Shown: piece by piece, positions 1-12,900 of the stretch
Layout: every line of letters begins with the position of its first letter
How positions within the stretch are numbered: position 1 is the stretch's first letter
NCBI GenBank assembly: GCA_002633005.1
Contig: NMRA01000249.1
Span: forward strand, 1-64,000
Reading direction: 5' to 3'
Source: Phoronis australis
Lineage: Eukaryota; Animalia; Phoronida
DNA: 64,000 nucleotides
Notes under the pieces: model-generated
Told to the model about the DNA's origin: nothing
Databases searched by the model: none
Seen by the model: only the letters and a program-made list of their open reading frames with translations
Position numbers and translations under genes: made by a program

Positions 1-408
1 TGAAAACTCAACCTAATCCCGTCAAATTTGAAAAATGTATCATCAGTAATTTTCTTACTAGGTGGATGTAAAAACGGTGTGTTTTCCTTGAGAAAGGAGT
101 TTGAAATTTCTTAGTACTGGGTAATGAATTTACTTGATATGGGAAATTGATTTGCTTTTCATTCCCCAAAAACAAGTATTCAGGGAAAGGATTGTTTTAC
201 AGATAATTACGAGTAAATGATTCACACAATGCTAACACTATCGATGTTGGTATGAAGGCGTCAGATGCATTTGTACTTCCAAAATCCTGCTGTTGGAGAC
301 GACCATCGATAGTGTTTGTTTTAATCGGTGATTGTTTATAGATGTTCACGTAGATTGTATAATTATGTAAATAAAACAGAGGTCACAATTTTGACTCAGT
401 AACAATAC

Positions 409-988
409 CTTTCGAGTCGCATTCTTCTTCGTCTATGCTACCATCACAGTCGTTGTCCACATTATCGCCCAAAGAAGAAGAGGACTTCACACACTGATTC
501 ACGGTTTGCAGTTGTAAGCCGATTGGCATTCCGTAACTTTCGCGATCGCCTGTTCCATACAACCAAGCAGCGAACGTAACTGACGGTGTGTTGTGGCGAA
601 GGTTGTGACTAACTCCGCTGGAAACGTTGATATACCCCGCTGCAAAATTTGTTCCAGGTACTGGTTTCCAGTTATCTATAAATATTGGCTTCCCATCTAT
701 TGTCAGGCCACCTTTTTGAGAATCGTCTATAATAATCATAAGATAGTTGGCGTAGTCACCGCTTCCAGTTTCGCCGCCTGAGTATGTTGGCGTTGCAAAG
801 TTGTAATCCCGGCTGTACTGCCCTGTTGGAGGTATGAGCATCATGGATGGATCAGCTGGCTCACTACTATCTCTTTGACTGAATACCAGCTGAACGACCA
901 GGACTGGGGCACTGGCAACTATGTAGTGATTTGCGGAGGACGGTAACAAGTATTCCGAAAATTGACCTGCTTTAGCGATGGTCGTATC
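409..988 (-). CDS. 3' part of the large exon of repeat 5 (5' part lies in the N gap)
   Basis: Near-identical to the 3' 580 nt of the exons at 6279 and 3221; same AAAG|gtattg donor. The following intron (1-408) matches the repeat introns, so the array continues past the window. Confidence 0.88.
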
Positions 989-3900
989 NNNNNNNNNNNN
1001 NNNNNNNNNNNNNNNNNNNNNNNNNNNNNNNNNNNNNNNNNNNNNNNNNNNNNNNNNNNNNNNNNNNNNNNNNNNNNNNNNNNNNNNNNNNNNNNNNNNN
1101 NNNNNNNNNNNNNNNNNNNNNNNNNNNNNNNNNNNNNNNNNNNNNNNNNNNNNNNNNNNNNNNNNNNNNNNNNNNNNNNNNNNNNNNNNNNNNNNNNNNN
1201 NNNNNNNNNNNNNNNNNNNNNNNNNNNNNNNNNNNNNNNNNNNNNNNNNNNNNNNNNNNNNNNNNNNNNNNNNNNNNNNNNNNNNNNNNNNNNNNNNNNN
1301 NNNNNNNNNNNNNNNNNNNNNNNNNNNNNNNNNNNNNNNNNNNNNNNNNNNNNNNNNNNNNNNNNNNNNNNNNNNNNNNNNNNNNNNNNNNNNNNNNNNN
1401 NNNNNNNNNNNNNNNNNNNNNNNNNNNNNNNNNNNNNNNNNNNNNNNNNNNNNNNNNNNNNNNNNNNNNNNNNNNNNNNNNNNNNNNNNNNNNNNNNNNN
1501 NNNNNNNNNNNNNNNNNNNNNNNNNNNNNNNNNNNNNNNNNNNNNNNNNNNNNNNNNNNNNNNNNNNNNNNNNNNNNNNNNNNNNNNNNNNNNNNNNNNN
1601 NNNNNNNNNNNNNNNNNNNNNNNNNNNNNNNNNNNNNNNNNNNNNNNNNNNNNNNNNNNNNNNNNNNNNNNNNNNNNNNNNNNNNNNNNNNNNNNNNNNN
1701 NNNNNNNNNNNNNNNNNNNNNNNNNNNNNNNNNNNNNNNNNNNNNNNNNNNNNNNNNNNNNNNNNNNNNNNNNNNNNNNNNNNNNNNNNNNNNNNNNNNN
1801 NNNNNNNNNNNNNNNNNNNNNNNNNNNNNNNNNNNNNNNNNNNNNNNNNCGTCTTCAATTTTAAACTTGCTGCAAGAAAAATGTATTTTTACAATTATAC
1901 TGAATTTCGTTTGTCTAGCTCACCACGTTTAACGCACGACAAGTTGATTAGTTCAGGTTAAAAATGAAAAGTACGCATACAGACGATAGACGAACTACAT
2001 GTGCGTACCTCGTTTGAAAACGAAATGCGTTGTACCATGAATATCTCTCTGTTTACACAAACGTGTGAACAGTATGAGTCATATGCAGTGTGCTTCTGTC
2101 GTTGAAGTTAGTCAAGCTTGACAGCTAAAGACAAGGCGGTTACTGAGCTATATTTTGTGGAATAGATTCTACGTGCAACTAGAAGGGCGTATTATGCGGT
2201 GATGTCAGTAGGCGACGTTTGCATTCTCTCTATTAATGTAGTTGTAAAGCTGAGTTAATTTCCAAAGTACATGTGAAAACCCAACCTCATCACGTTAAAT
2301 TTGAAAGAAATATTGATATTTAATTATTAGTTTTCCAGTATGGTTGTAAAAGCGATGGATTTACCTTGAGCCGCCTGTGTAGTATTTGATTTTTGGCAAT
2401 AATTTCGCATTCCTGAGTTTTAGGAATTTGTAGCCTAAGCTCTCAAGACATTGTTGCAGTTAATTTTACTCTAGACGGACTTTGTTTGTATAAATTTTTC
2501 GGTTCATACTGATAAACTGTTGGAATTTCATAGTCTTAAATCTCGTTCTGGTACACTTGAAACATCATACTGAATTCAGCCTATTGACCAGTCATAATTC
2601 CTGTTTATACTGTATGCACATGAGTTATCAATGAACTACATTTCAATCCACCACCTGACCGGGATTTTCTTTGCTGTGCTGTTGTTATTCTTTTACAAAA
2701 TTGCTTTGAATCACTGTGGCATTTCATTTCGAGGGTCGTCACCGCTTACTATTGCGAAATTTCCACCCTATTATTATTATGGAAATTTTAAACCCACTGT
2801 GTTCTGTGGGAGTGCTCATTCATAGAAACATTTTTAAATCTTTCACTTGACAGATGAACACGGTAATTGGACATCTCAAATCAAGAGTAAATGGTTCTTA
2901 AATGAGATGTTTGGAACGACTTCGTGATAGGTAATCAATGTATTTTAAATGCGAACTTCATTCGCATTTCATTCCTTGAGTAATTCATATTCAAGCAAAT
3001 ATTTTCTTGCTAAAGATTTCCAAATACTTGATTCACACAATCCTAATCATACCGATGTTTGTGTGTAGCCTTCAGATGTATTTAAACTTCGAATTTCCTT
3101 TTGCTAGTGACGATCATCCACAGTTATTATACAAGTCGAGGAAAGTTTATAGACGTTAACGCTGATTAGAATATTATTTTAAATAAAACTGAGGTCACAA
3201 TTTTGACTCAGTAACAATACCTTTCGAGTCGCATTCTTCTTCGTCTATGCTACCATCACAGTCGTTGTCCACATTATCGCCCAAAGAAGAAGAGGACTTC
3301 ACACACTGATTCACGGTTTGCAGTTGTAAACCTATTGGCATTCCGTAGCTTTCGCGATCGCCTGTTCCATACAACCAAGCAGCGAACGTAATTGACGGTG
3401 AGGTGTGGCGAAGGTTGTGACTAACTCCGCTGGAAACGTTGATATACCCCGCTGCAAAATTTGTTCCAGGCACTGGCTTCCAATTATCAATGAGTAATTG
3501 CTTGCCATCTATTGTCAGGCCATCTTTTTGAGAATCGTCTATAATAATCATAAGATAGTTAGCGTAGTCACCGCTTCCAGTTTCGCCACCTGAGTATGTT
3601 GGCGTTGCAAAGTTGTAATCCCGGCTGTATTGCCCTGTTGGAGGTATGAGCATCATTGATGGATCAGCTGGCTCACTACTATCTCTTTGACTGAATACCA
3701 GCTGAACGACCAGGACTGGGGCACTGGCAACTATGTAGTGATTTGCGGAGGACGGTAACAAGTATTCCGAAAATTGACCTGCTTTAGCGATGGTCGTATC
3801 AGCCTGTCCGTTTATTTTAATAACGGTGTTGTCTCGGCTTGCAACTATGCGGAAGACGTCACCTGTTGTTCGACCCGGTATAGCTTGAGTAGCAAATCGA

Positions 3901-6900
3901 GTTCCATAAGATTTCACAGGCGGAAGCTGTTCCACCAAATGATCACGAGACTCGGTACCTGCTCCTACGTTGGTGCGCGCGTTTCCACTGAAAACACTTA
4001 TGTTCTGGTTGCTCGTAATGAATGTACCTGTTAAATCACCGGCACTTTGAATTTGCAAAGTGTCGAATCTATTAAGATTGACATTGAATGTTTGACTGTT
4101 TGTGTAAGTTACCCCATCGTACACAACTGTAAGTGGGCTTGTTGGATTTGGCAGGCGAATGGTAACGACACTTGAGTCGTGCAAACCGATAACCCCAAAT
4201 TGCGTAACGATTGCAGCTGGCCAGTAAGATACTGTGTAGTATCTGGTACCTTGGAGATGAGTGGGAAGTGCCAGGAAGGCATCGTTGGAGAACAATTCCA
4301 TGTTGACACCGTAAACAGAAATGTCGTTTGACGCTTCAACTAGAATTGCCTTTGTTGAAAGGGAGGAACCGGACATTCGAAAGACGTTGTCGATCAAGAA
4401 CCGTTTGACTTCTCCTCTGTTTAAAGTGGCATTGGAGTTGATGTAAGGCGTGCTCCAACGAGGTGAGGTTACTTTGACGAAGGTTTGCTGTCCTCTGGTA
4501 GGCGTCACATACAGCTCTAGAGGGAAATCTTTTTGCTGTTCTGTAACTATGTTTGCCAAAAACATGACAACAAACTCCATGCCGCCAGCATCAGCTCCAG
4601 CTTTGCAGTCCTCGTCTACGCGGCCGTCACCGTCGTCGTCTGTAAGGTGAATAATTATGCGTAAATTTTAACTAAAAATACTGAGAAAAGCCAGTGTTGT
4701 TTTAATTTTACCATCGTTGTCGAGCTACTGTAAACGTTGTCTTCTGCATTTATCAGTAATATTAGGATGGAACGTGGTCTTTCAAGTGTCTACAATTGAT
4801 AACATGTAATGGGTGCCTCTGGGTTACTCATGTGATGTAATGTTCCCTTCGTTTTCATTCGGATCTAATTTTTCAGTTTAACCGTAGAAACACTATCTGA
4901 GCTTGGCTTAAAAATCATTGTAATAGATTGTTCTAATCTTGGTTGTTTGAAACACGACACCGAGTTCCTTAGGACGTATGGTGAAGATTTATGTAACCTT
5001 GCTTACCGGCGCTGTTGCAGACTTCCTCGTCCACATTTCCGTCGCAGTCATTGTCAACTCCGTCTCCAATTGAAGACTGTGATGGTATGCACTGAAAAAA
5101 CCAATAATGTAAGAAATCTTCGCAGACTTGCACAGTAAAACCACATGTAACTGAAGTGAGTTACACGTCTTAATGAAAATAAACCATTACCTGAAAATTT
5201 TTGTCATATATTGTATGTTATTTGTGATTCAGGAGCATGTTTGATTATACGCCGATTTGCTTTATTTTTGTTATTTATTACTTGTGGTTAAAGGATAGCC
5301 AGTGATATTAAGATGTGGTTGAATCTAAATTGCTACTACTTACCGACGGTTTGCGACAGTCTTCATCTGCTAAACCATCACCATCATTGTCTGCAGCAGA
5401 AAATAGTGAGAATGAACTTACACCGTCTAATGTATATTATGATGTTCAGGTTGAAAGAAAAATGTAACGGCGGTAACAAAGAACCTCCCAAGCTTTAATG
5501 TGTTGTACCGTCTACAATTCTAAACTTGTTGTTACGCTTTACTCTAATGAAAAATTTATACTCTTACAATTATAGTGAATATCGTTTGTCTAGCTTACCA
5601 CGTGTTGACGAACTTCAAATTGTGATTACTTCTGGTTAAAAATGAATAGTACCCCCTGTTTACACAAACTTGTGAATAGTAAGAGACATTTGCCTGTGTT
5701 TTTTGTAGTTTAAGTTAGTCTTGTTTGACAATACGGTTACTGGGATGTATGTGGTGGAACAGATTCTAGATGCAACTAGAAGCGCGTATGTGTCGGTGAT
5801 GTCAGAAAGAGGCGACGTTTGTAATTTCTGTATGTATGCAGTTGCAAAGCTCAGGTAACGTCCAAAGCACTTGTGAAAACTCAACCTAATCACGTCGAAT
5901 TTGAGACATATATCGTTAGTAATTTTCTTAGGTGGATGTAAAAACGATGGTTTTACCTTGAGAAAGGAGTTTGAAATTTCTTAGTACTGGGTAATGAATT
6001 TACTTTATATGGGAAATTGATTTGCTTTTCATTCCCCAAAAACAAGTATTCAGGGAAAGGATTGTTTTACAGATAATTACGAGTAAATGATTCACACAAT
6101 GCTAACACTATCGATGTTGGTATGAAGGCGTCAGATGCATTTGTACTTCGAAAATCCTGCTGTTGGAGACGACCATCGATAGTGTTTGTGTTAATCGGTG
6201 ATTGTTTATAGATATTCACGTAGATTGTAAAATTATGTAAATAAAACAGAGGTCACAATTTTGACTCAGTAACAATACCTTTCGAGTCGCATTCTTCTTC
6301 GTCTATGCTACCATCACAGTCGTTGTCCACATTATCACCCAACGAAGAAGAGGACTTCACACACTGATTCACGGTTTGCAGTTGTAAGCCGATTGGCATT
6401 CCGTAACTTTCGCGATCGCCTGTTCCATACAACCAAGCAGCGAACGTAACTGACGGTGAGTTGTGGCGAAGGTTGTGACTAACTCCGCTGGAAACGTTGA
6501 TATACCCCGCTGCAAAATTTGTTCCAGGTACTGGTTTCCAGTTATCTATAAATAATGGCTTCCCATCTATTGTCAGGCCACCTTTTTGAGAATCGTCTAT
6601 AATAATCATAAGATAGTTGGCGTAGTCGCCGCTTGCTGTTTCGCCACCTGAATATGTTGGCGTTGCAAAGTTGTAATCCCGGCTGTATTGCCCTGTTGGA
6701 GGTATGAGCATCATGGATGGATCAGCTGGCTCACTACTATCTCTTTGACTGAACACCAGCTGAACGACCAGGACTGGGGCACTGGCAACTATGTAGTGAT
6801 TTGCGGAGGACGGTAACAAGTATTCCGAAAATTGACCTGCTTTAGCGATGGTCGTATCAGCCTGTCCGTTTATTTTAATAACGGTGTTGTCTCGGCTTGC

Positions 6901-9900
6901 AACTATGCGGAAGACGTCACCTGTTGTTCGACCCGGTATAGCTTGAGTAGCAAATCGAGTTCCATAAGATTTCACAGGCGGAAGCTGTTCCACCAAATGA
7001 TCACGAGACTCGGTACCTGCTCCTACGTTGGTGCGCGCGTTTCCACTGAAAACACTTATGTTCTGGTTGCTCGTAATGAATGTACCTGTTAAATCACCGG
7101 CACTTTGAATTTGCAAAGTGTCGAATCTATTAAGATTGACATTGAATGTTTGACTGTTTGTGTAAGTTACCCCATCGTACACAACTGTAAGTGGGCTTGT
7201 TGGATTTGGCAGGCGAATGGTAACGACACTTGAGTCGTGCAAACCGATAACCCCAAATTGCGTAACGATTGCAGCTGGCCAGTAAGATACTGTGTAGTAT
7301 CTGGTACCTTGGAGATGAGTGGGAAGTGCCAGGAAGGCATCGTTGGAGAACAACTCCATGTTGACACCGTAAACAGAAATGTCGTTGGATGCTTCAATTA
7401 AGATTGCCTTCGTTGACAGGGAGGAACCGGACATTCTAAAGACGTTGTCGATTAAGAACTGCTTGACTTCTCCTCTGTTTAATGTGGCATTGAAGTTGAT
7501 ATACGGCGTGCTCCAACGAGGTGAGGTTACTTTGACGAAGGTTTGCTGTCCTCTGGTAGGTGTCACATACAGTTCTAGAGGGAAATCTTTTTGCTTTTCT
7601 GTAACTATGTTCGCCAAGAACATGACAAGGAACTCCATGCCGCCAGCGTCAGCTCCAGCTTTGCAGTCCTCGTCTACGCGGCCGTCACCGTCGTCGTCTG
7701 TAAGGTGAGTAATTATGCGTAAATTTCAACTAAAATATTGACAAAAGCCAGTGTTGTTTTAATTTTACCATCGTTGTCGAGCTACAGTAAACGTTGTTTT
7801 CTGCAATTATCAGTACTATTAGGATGGAACGTGGTCTTTCAAGTATCTACAATTGATAACATGTTGTTATGGCTGCCTCTGGGTTACTCATGTGATGTAA
7901 TGTCTCCTTCGTTTTCATTTGGATGTAATTTTTTAGTTTCACCGTAGAAAAACTGTATGAGCTTGGTTTAAAAATCGTTATAATAGACCGTTCTAAGCCT
8001 GGTTGTTTTGAAACATCACAGCAACTTCCTTAGAACAAGTGCTAAAAGATTAATAAGCTTCCTTACCGACGCTATTGCAGACTTCTTCGTCCACATTTCC
8101 GTCGCAGTCATTGTCAACTCCGTCTCCAATTGAAGATTGTGATGGTATGCACTGAAAAGACGAATTATGTAAGAAATTTTCGCAGACTTGAAGAACTACA
8201 TGTAACTGAAATTAGTTACACCTTTTAATGACATTAAACCGTTACCGGAATAATTTTGTCACCAATTGTAAGTTATTTGTGATTTAGTAACATGCTTTAT
8301 TATACACTGATTTACTGTATTTTTGTTATTTATTACTCGTGCTTGTTAAAGGATAGCAAGTGATATTAAGATATGGTTGAATCTAAATTGCTACTACTTA
8401 CCGACGGTTTGCGACAGTCTTCATCTGTTAAACCATCACCATCATTGTCTGCAGCAGAAAATAGTGAGAATGAACTTACACCGTCTAATGTATATTATGA
8501 TGTTTAGGTTGAAAGAAAAATGTAACGGCGGTAACAAAGAACCTCCCAAGCTTTAATGTGTTGTACCGTCTACAATTCTAAACTTGTTGTTACGCTTTAC
8601 TCCAATGAACAAATTATACTCTTACAATTATAGTGAATATCGTTTGTCTAGCTTACCACGTGTTGACGAACTTCAAATTGATTACTTCTGGTTAAAAATG
8701 AATAGTACCCCCTGTTTACACAAACTTGTGAATAGTGAGAGACATTTGCCAGTGTTTTTTTGTAATTTAAGTTGATCTTGTTTGACAATACGGTTACTGG
8801 GATGTATGTGGTGGAATAGATTCTAGATGCAACTAGAAGCGCGTATGTGTTGGTGATGTCAGAAAGAGGCGACGTTTGTAATTTCTCTATGTATGCAGTT
8901 GTAAAGCTCAGGTAACGTTCAAAGCCCTTGTGAAAACTCAACCTAATCCCGTCAAATTTGAAAAATGTATCATCAGTAATTTTCTTACTAGGTGGATGTA
9001 AAAACGATGGTTTTTCCTTGAGAAAGGAGTTTGAAATTTCTTAGTACTGGGTAATGAATTTACTTGATATGGGAAATTGATTTGCATTTCATTCCCCAAA
9101 AAGAAGTATTCAGGGAAAGCATTGTTTTACAGATAATTGCGAGTAGATGATTCACACAATGCTAACACTATCGATGTTGGTATGAAGACGTCAGATGCAG
9201 TTGTACTTCGGAAAATCCTGCTGTTGGAGACAACCATCGATAGTGTTTGTGTTAATCGGTGATTGTTTATAGATGTTCACGTAGATTGTAAAATTAACTA
9301 AGTAAAACAGAGGTCACAACTTTGACTCAGTAACAATACCTTTCGAGTCGCATTCTTCTTCGTCTATGCTACCATCACAGTCGTTGTCCACATTATCACC
9401 CAAAGAAGAAGAGGACTTCACACACTGATTCACGGTTTGCAGTTGTAAACCTATTGGCATTCCGTAACTTTCGCGATCGCCTGTTCCATACAACCAAGCA
9501 GCGAACGTAACTGACGGTGAGTTGTGGCGAAGGTTGTGACTAACTCCGCTGGAAACGTTGATGTAACCCGCTGCAAAATTTGTTCCAGGCACTGGCTTCC
9601 AGTTATCTATAAGTAATTGCTTTCCATCTATTTTCAGGCCACCTTTTTGAGAATCGTCTATAATAATCATAAGATAGTTGGCGTAGTCACCGCTTCCTGT
9701 TTCGCCACCTGAGTATGTTGGCGTTGCAAAGTTGTAATCCCGGCTGTATTGCCCTGTTGGAGGTATGAGCATCATGGATGGATCAGCTGGCTCACTACTA
9801 TCTCTTTGACTGAATACTAGCTGAACTACCAATACTGGCGCAGTAGTAACTATGTAGTGATTTGCAGAAGATGGTAACAAGTGTTCAGAAAATTGACCTG

Positions 9901-12900
9901 CTTTAGCGATGGTGGTATCTGCTTGTCCGTTAATTTTAACAACAGTGTTGTCTTGGCTGGCAACTATGCGGAATACGTCACCTGTTGTTCGATGCGGTAT
10001 AGCTTGAGTAGCAAATTGAGTTCCATAAGATTTCACGGGGGGCAGCTGTTCTACCAAATGATCACGAGACTCGGTACCTGCTCCTACGTTGGTGCGCGCG
10101 TTTCCACTGAAAACACTTATGTTCTGGTTGCTCGTAATGAATGTACCTGTTAAATCACCGGCACTTTGAATTTGCAAAGTGTCGAATCTATTAAGATTGA
10201 CATTGAATGTTTGACTGTTTGTGTAAGTTACCCCATCGTACACAACTGTAAGTGGGCTTGTTGGATTTGGCAGGCGAATGGTAACGACACTTGAGTCGTG
10301 CAAACCGATAACCCCAAATTGCGTAACGATTGCAGCTGGCCAGTAAGATACTGTGTAGTATCTGGTACCTTGGAGATGAGTGGGAAGTGCCAGGAAGGCG
10401 TCGTTGGAGAACAACTCCATGTTGACACCGTAAACAGAAATGTCGTTTGACGCTTCAACTAGAATTGCCTTTGTTGACAGGGAGGAACCGGACATTCTAA
10501 AGACGTTGTCGATTAGGAATCGTTTGACTTCTCCTTTGTTTAAAGTGGCAGTGAAGTTGATGTAAGGCGTGTTCCAACGAGGTGAAGTTACTCTGACGAA
10601 GGTTTGCTGTCCTCTGGTAGGGGTCACGTACAACTCTAGAGGGAAATCTTTCTGCTTTTCTGTAACTATGTTCGCCAAGTACATGACAAGGAATTCCATG
10701 CCACCAGCATCAGCCCCAGCTTTGCAGTCCTCGTCTATGCGGCCGTCACCGTCGTCGTCTGTAAAAGCAAGCAATGGGGCGTTAATTGCAACTACAATTA
10801 CTACAAAAATCAAATTTCCTTTGCATTTCAATATATTCTGTACCGTTTGATTTTTTTTTTCTTTTGGAATCATTAGCAATATTAGGATAGAGAGCCGTGT
10901 TACATGTATTTATAATTGATAACATGTTCAATGGTACATGTATATGTACTTCCGTGTTAGCTGTGTGGTATCATGTTTTCTTCGTATTCATTCGTAATAT
11001 TTTTCTGTAGTTGAAGACTGGGATAAACTTTTAGAACCTGGTTTAAAATCCAGCGGAATGTATCAACAAACAAATGTTGTAAGTTTAAGTTAGATCATTT
11101 ACCGGCGCTGTTACAAACTTCTTCGTCCACCTTTCCGTCGCAGTCATTGTCAACTCCGTCTCCAATAGAGGGGTCTGATGGTACGCACTGAAATGTCAAT
11201 TCTTTAAGAAGTCTTTGCTGACATGTTGGACTAAATGAATGAAGGTATTATCAAACGGATTTTTTTCGCGAATATTAAACCATTGTTGATTCAATAACAT
11301 GTCCGCGGTATATATCCTGCTTATATAACACTGAGGTTATTTAAGATTTCAAATAGACCGGGATTTCTGATTCAATACCCTGTGGCATGTTTTGGAAATG
11401 GTTGTCTTAAGGAATTAACTACATTTCCACAAGGAGTATTCCACATTTTTTGAAAACGTGCGCACCTTGTATTTTGTTATGGGAAGGGATTTATACTCAC
11501 TTTTTTGCAGTCTTCATCAACACGACCATCTCCGTCGTTGTCTGTAACACACGATACAATGCAACATTTCATAGGGCGTCTAGTAATCTTGGCACCCATA
11601 TATCAATTTTTATTTCAATGATGAGAATCAACAAGGAAGTGCCTTCAACGTAGTTCATTGCATATGTAAATAAAAAGGCAATAATTTTGCCAAGTGTTTG
11701 GTGAAATTGGGGCTTGATACGTTTTGGACGTTCACACCAACAAGATGGCCAACTAAACTAACTAAACGTCGAACAACATTGGAAGACTTAAGCAAGATGG
11801 CGATTGTTGAAATGAAACCATTTTTGTCTACCGCATCTCGGACTTTCCGTCAACAAACAGCGTGTTCCAGTTTTTTAATCGACACTGTCGATTACGCAGT
11901 GCGTTTGAAATTTGTTTCCGTCCTCTTTTACCAATTCAAAACACTTTTTCAGATTCATTACCGCGTAAGTGTTCCTTCTGTTAATGGTTGAACTGTGAGG
12001 CTTGCCGCGGCTACCCAGAAAAGCTGGAAAATCCAAATCTCGTGATTTGAAATTAATTTTGAGAACTTACCAACAGAGTCGCAGTCCTCTTCGTCTATTG
12101 TCCCATCGCAGTCGTTGTCTACCTTGTCGCCCTCAGACGACAATGTGTTAACACATTTCAAGTTTGTGTTTGCCATCTGCATGCCGATTGGCAAGCCGTA
12201 GCTCTCTCTGTCAGCTGTTCCGTACAGCCAAGCGCCGAACGTCACTGATGGGAGTTTGTGGTGCACTTTGTGAGCACTGCTGCTGCTCACTGTCGTGTTA
12301 CCGCCGACAAATGTGGTCTGGCTAATGGGCTGCCAATTTATAGCGAGTGGCTGTCCGTCGAGAAGGAGGTCGTCCTTGAATGATTCCTGAATGACAATTA
12401 GTAAATAGTTTGTGTAGTCGCCGCCAACAACCCCACCGGAGTAATGAGGGGTAAGCAAATGATAATCCCTACTCCATTGTTGAACAGGTGGAATCAGCAT
12501 CATAGCTGGATCGGCGGGCTCGTTGGTGGCAATTTGACTGTGAACTATCTGCACTACCATAATCGCCTTGTCTGACGAGAAGAAGTGGTTGCTATCCGAT
12601 GGTAGGATGTACTCTGCTATATCGCCAGCCTTGGACAGTGTGAAGTTGGTTTCGAAGTTGATACTGACGGCCGTATTTTCCTCGCTTGCTACTAAACGGT
12701 AAATATCCCCAGTTGTACGGTAGGGACTCGGGATGGCAGCAAAATTTGTACCCCATGACGTCACTGGCGGCATTTGTTCAACCAAGTGATCGCGCGTGCG
12801 TGTATTAGATCCAACATTGGTGCGTACATTACCCGAAAAAACGTTCACAGTGCTATTGCTTGTGATTAGTGTTCCAGAAAGATCTGCCCGGCTTTGAATT

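Larger units (their letters stand above)
1..11187. repeat. Intragenic tandem duplication, ~3.06-kb unit including introns (large-exon ends at 409, 3221, 6279, 9340)
   Basis: Spacing 3058 and 3061 bp; exons and most introns are near-identical between copies. Confidence 0.95.

Noticed and set aside
962-1961. Long plus-strand ORFs of 300-327 aa
   Set aside because: They are artefacts of translating through the N gap
3774-10850. Recurrent short antisense and alternative-frame ORFs (MTCFSDG..., MKRQTTFL..., ...QRGEVTLTK...)
   Set aside because: They recur only because the underlying exon is duplicated; no independent coding signal
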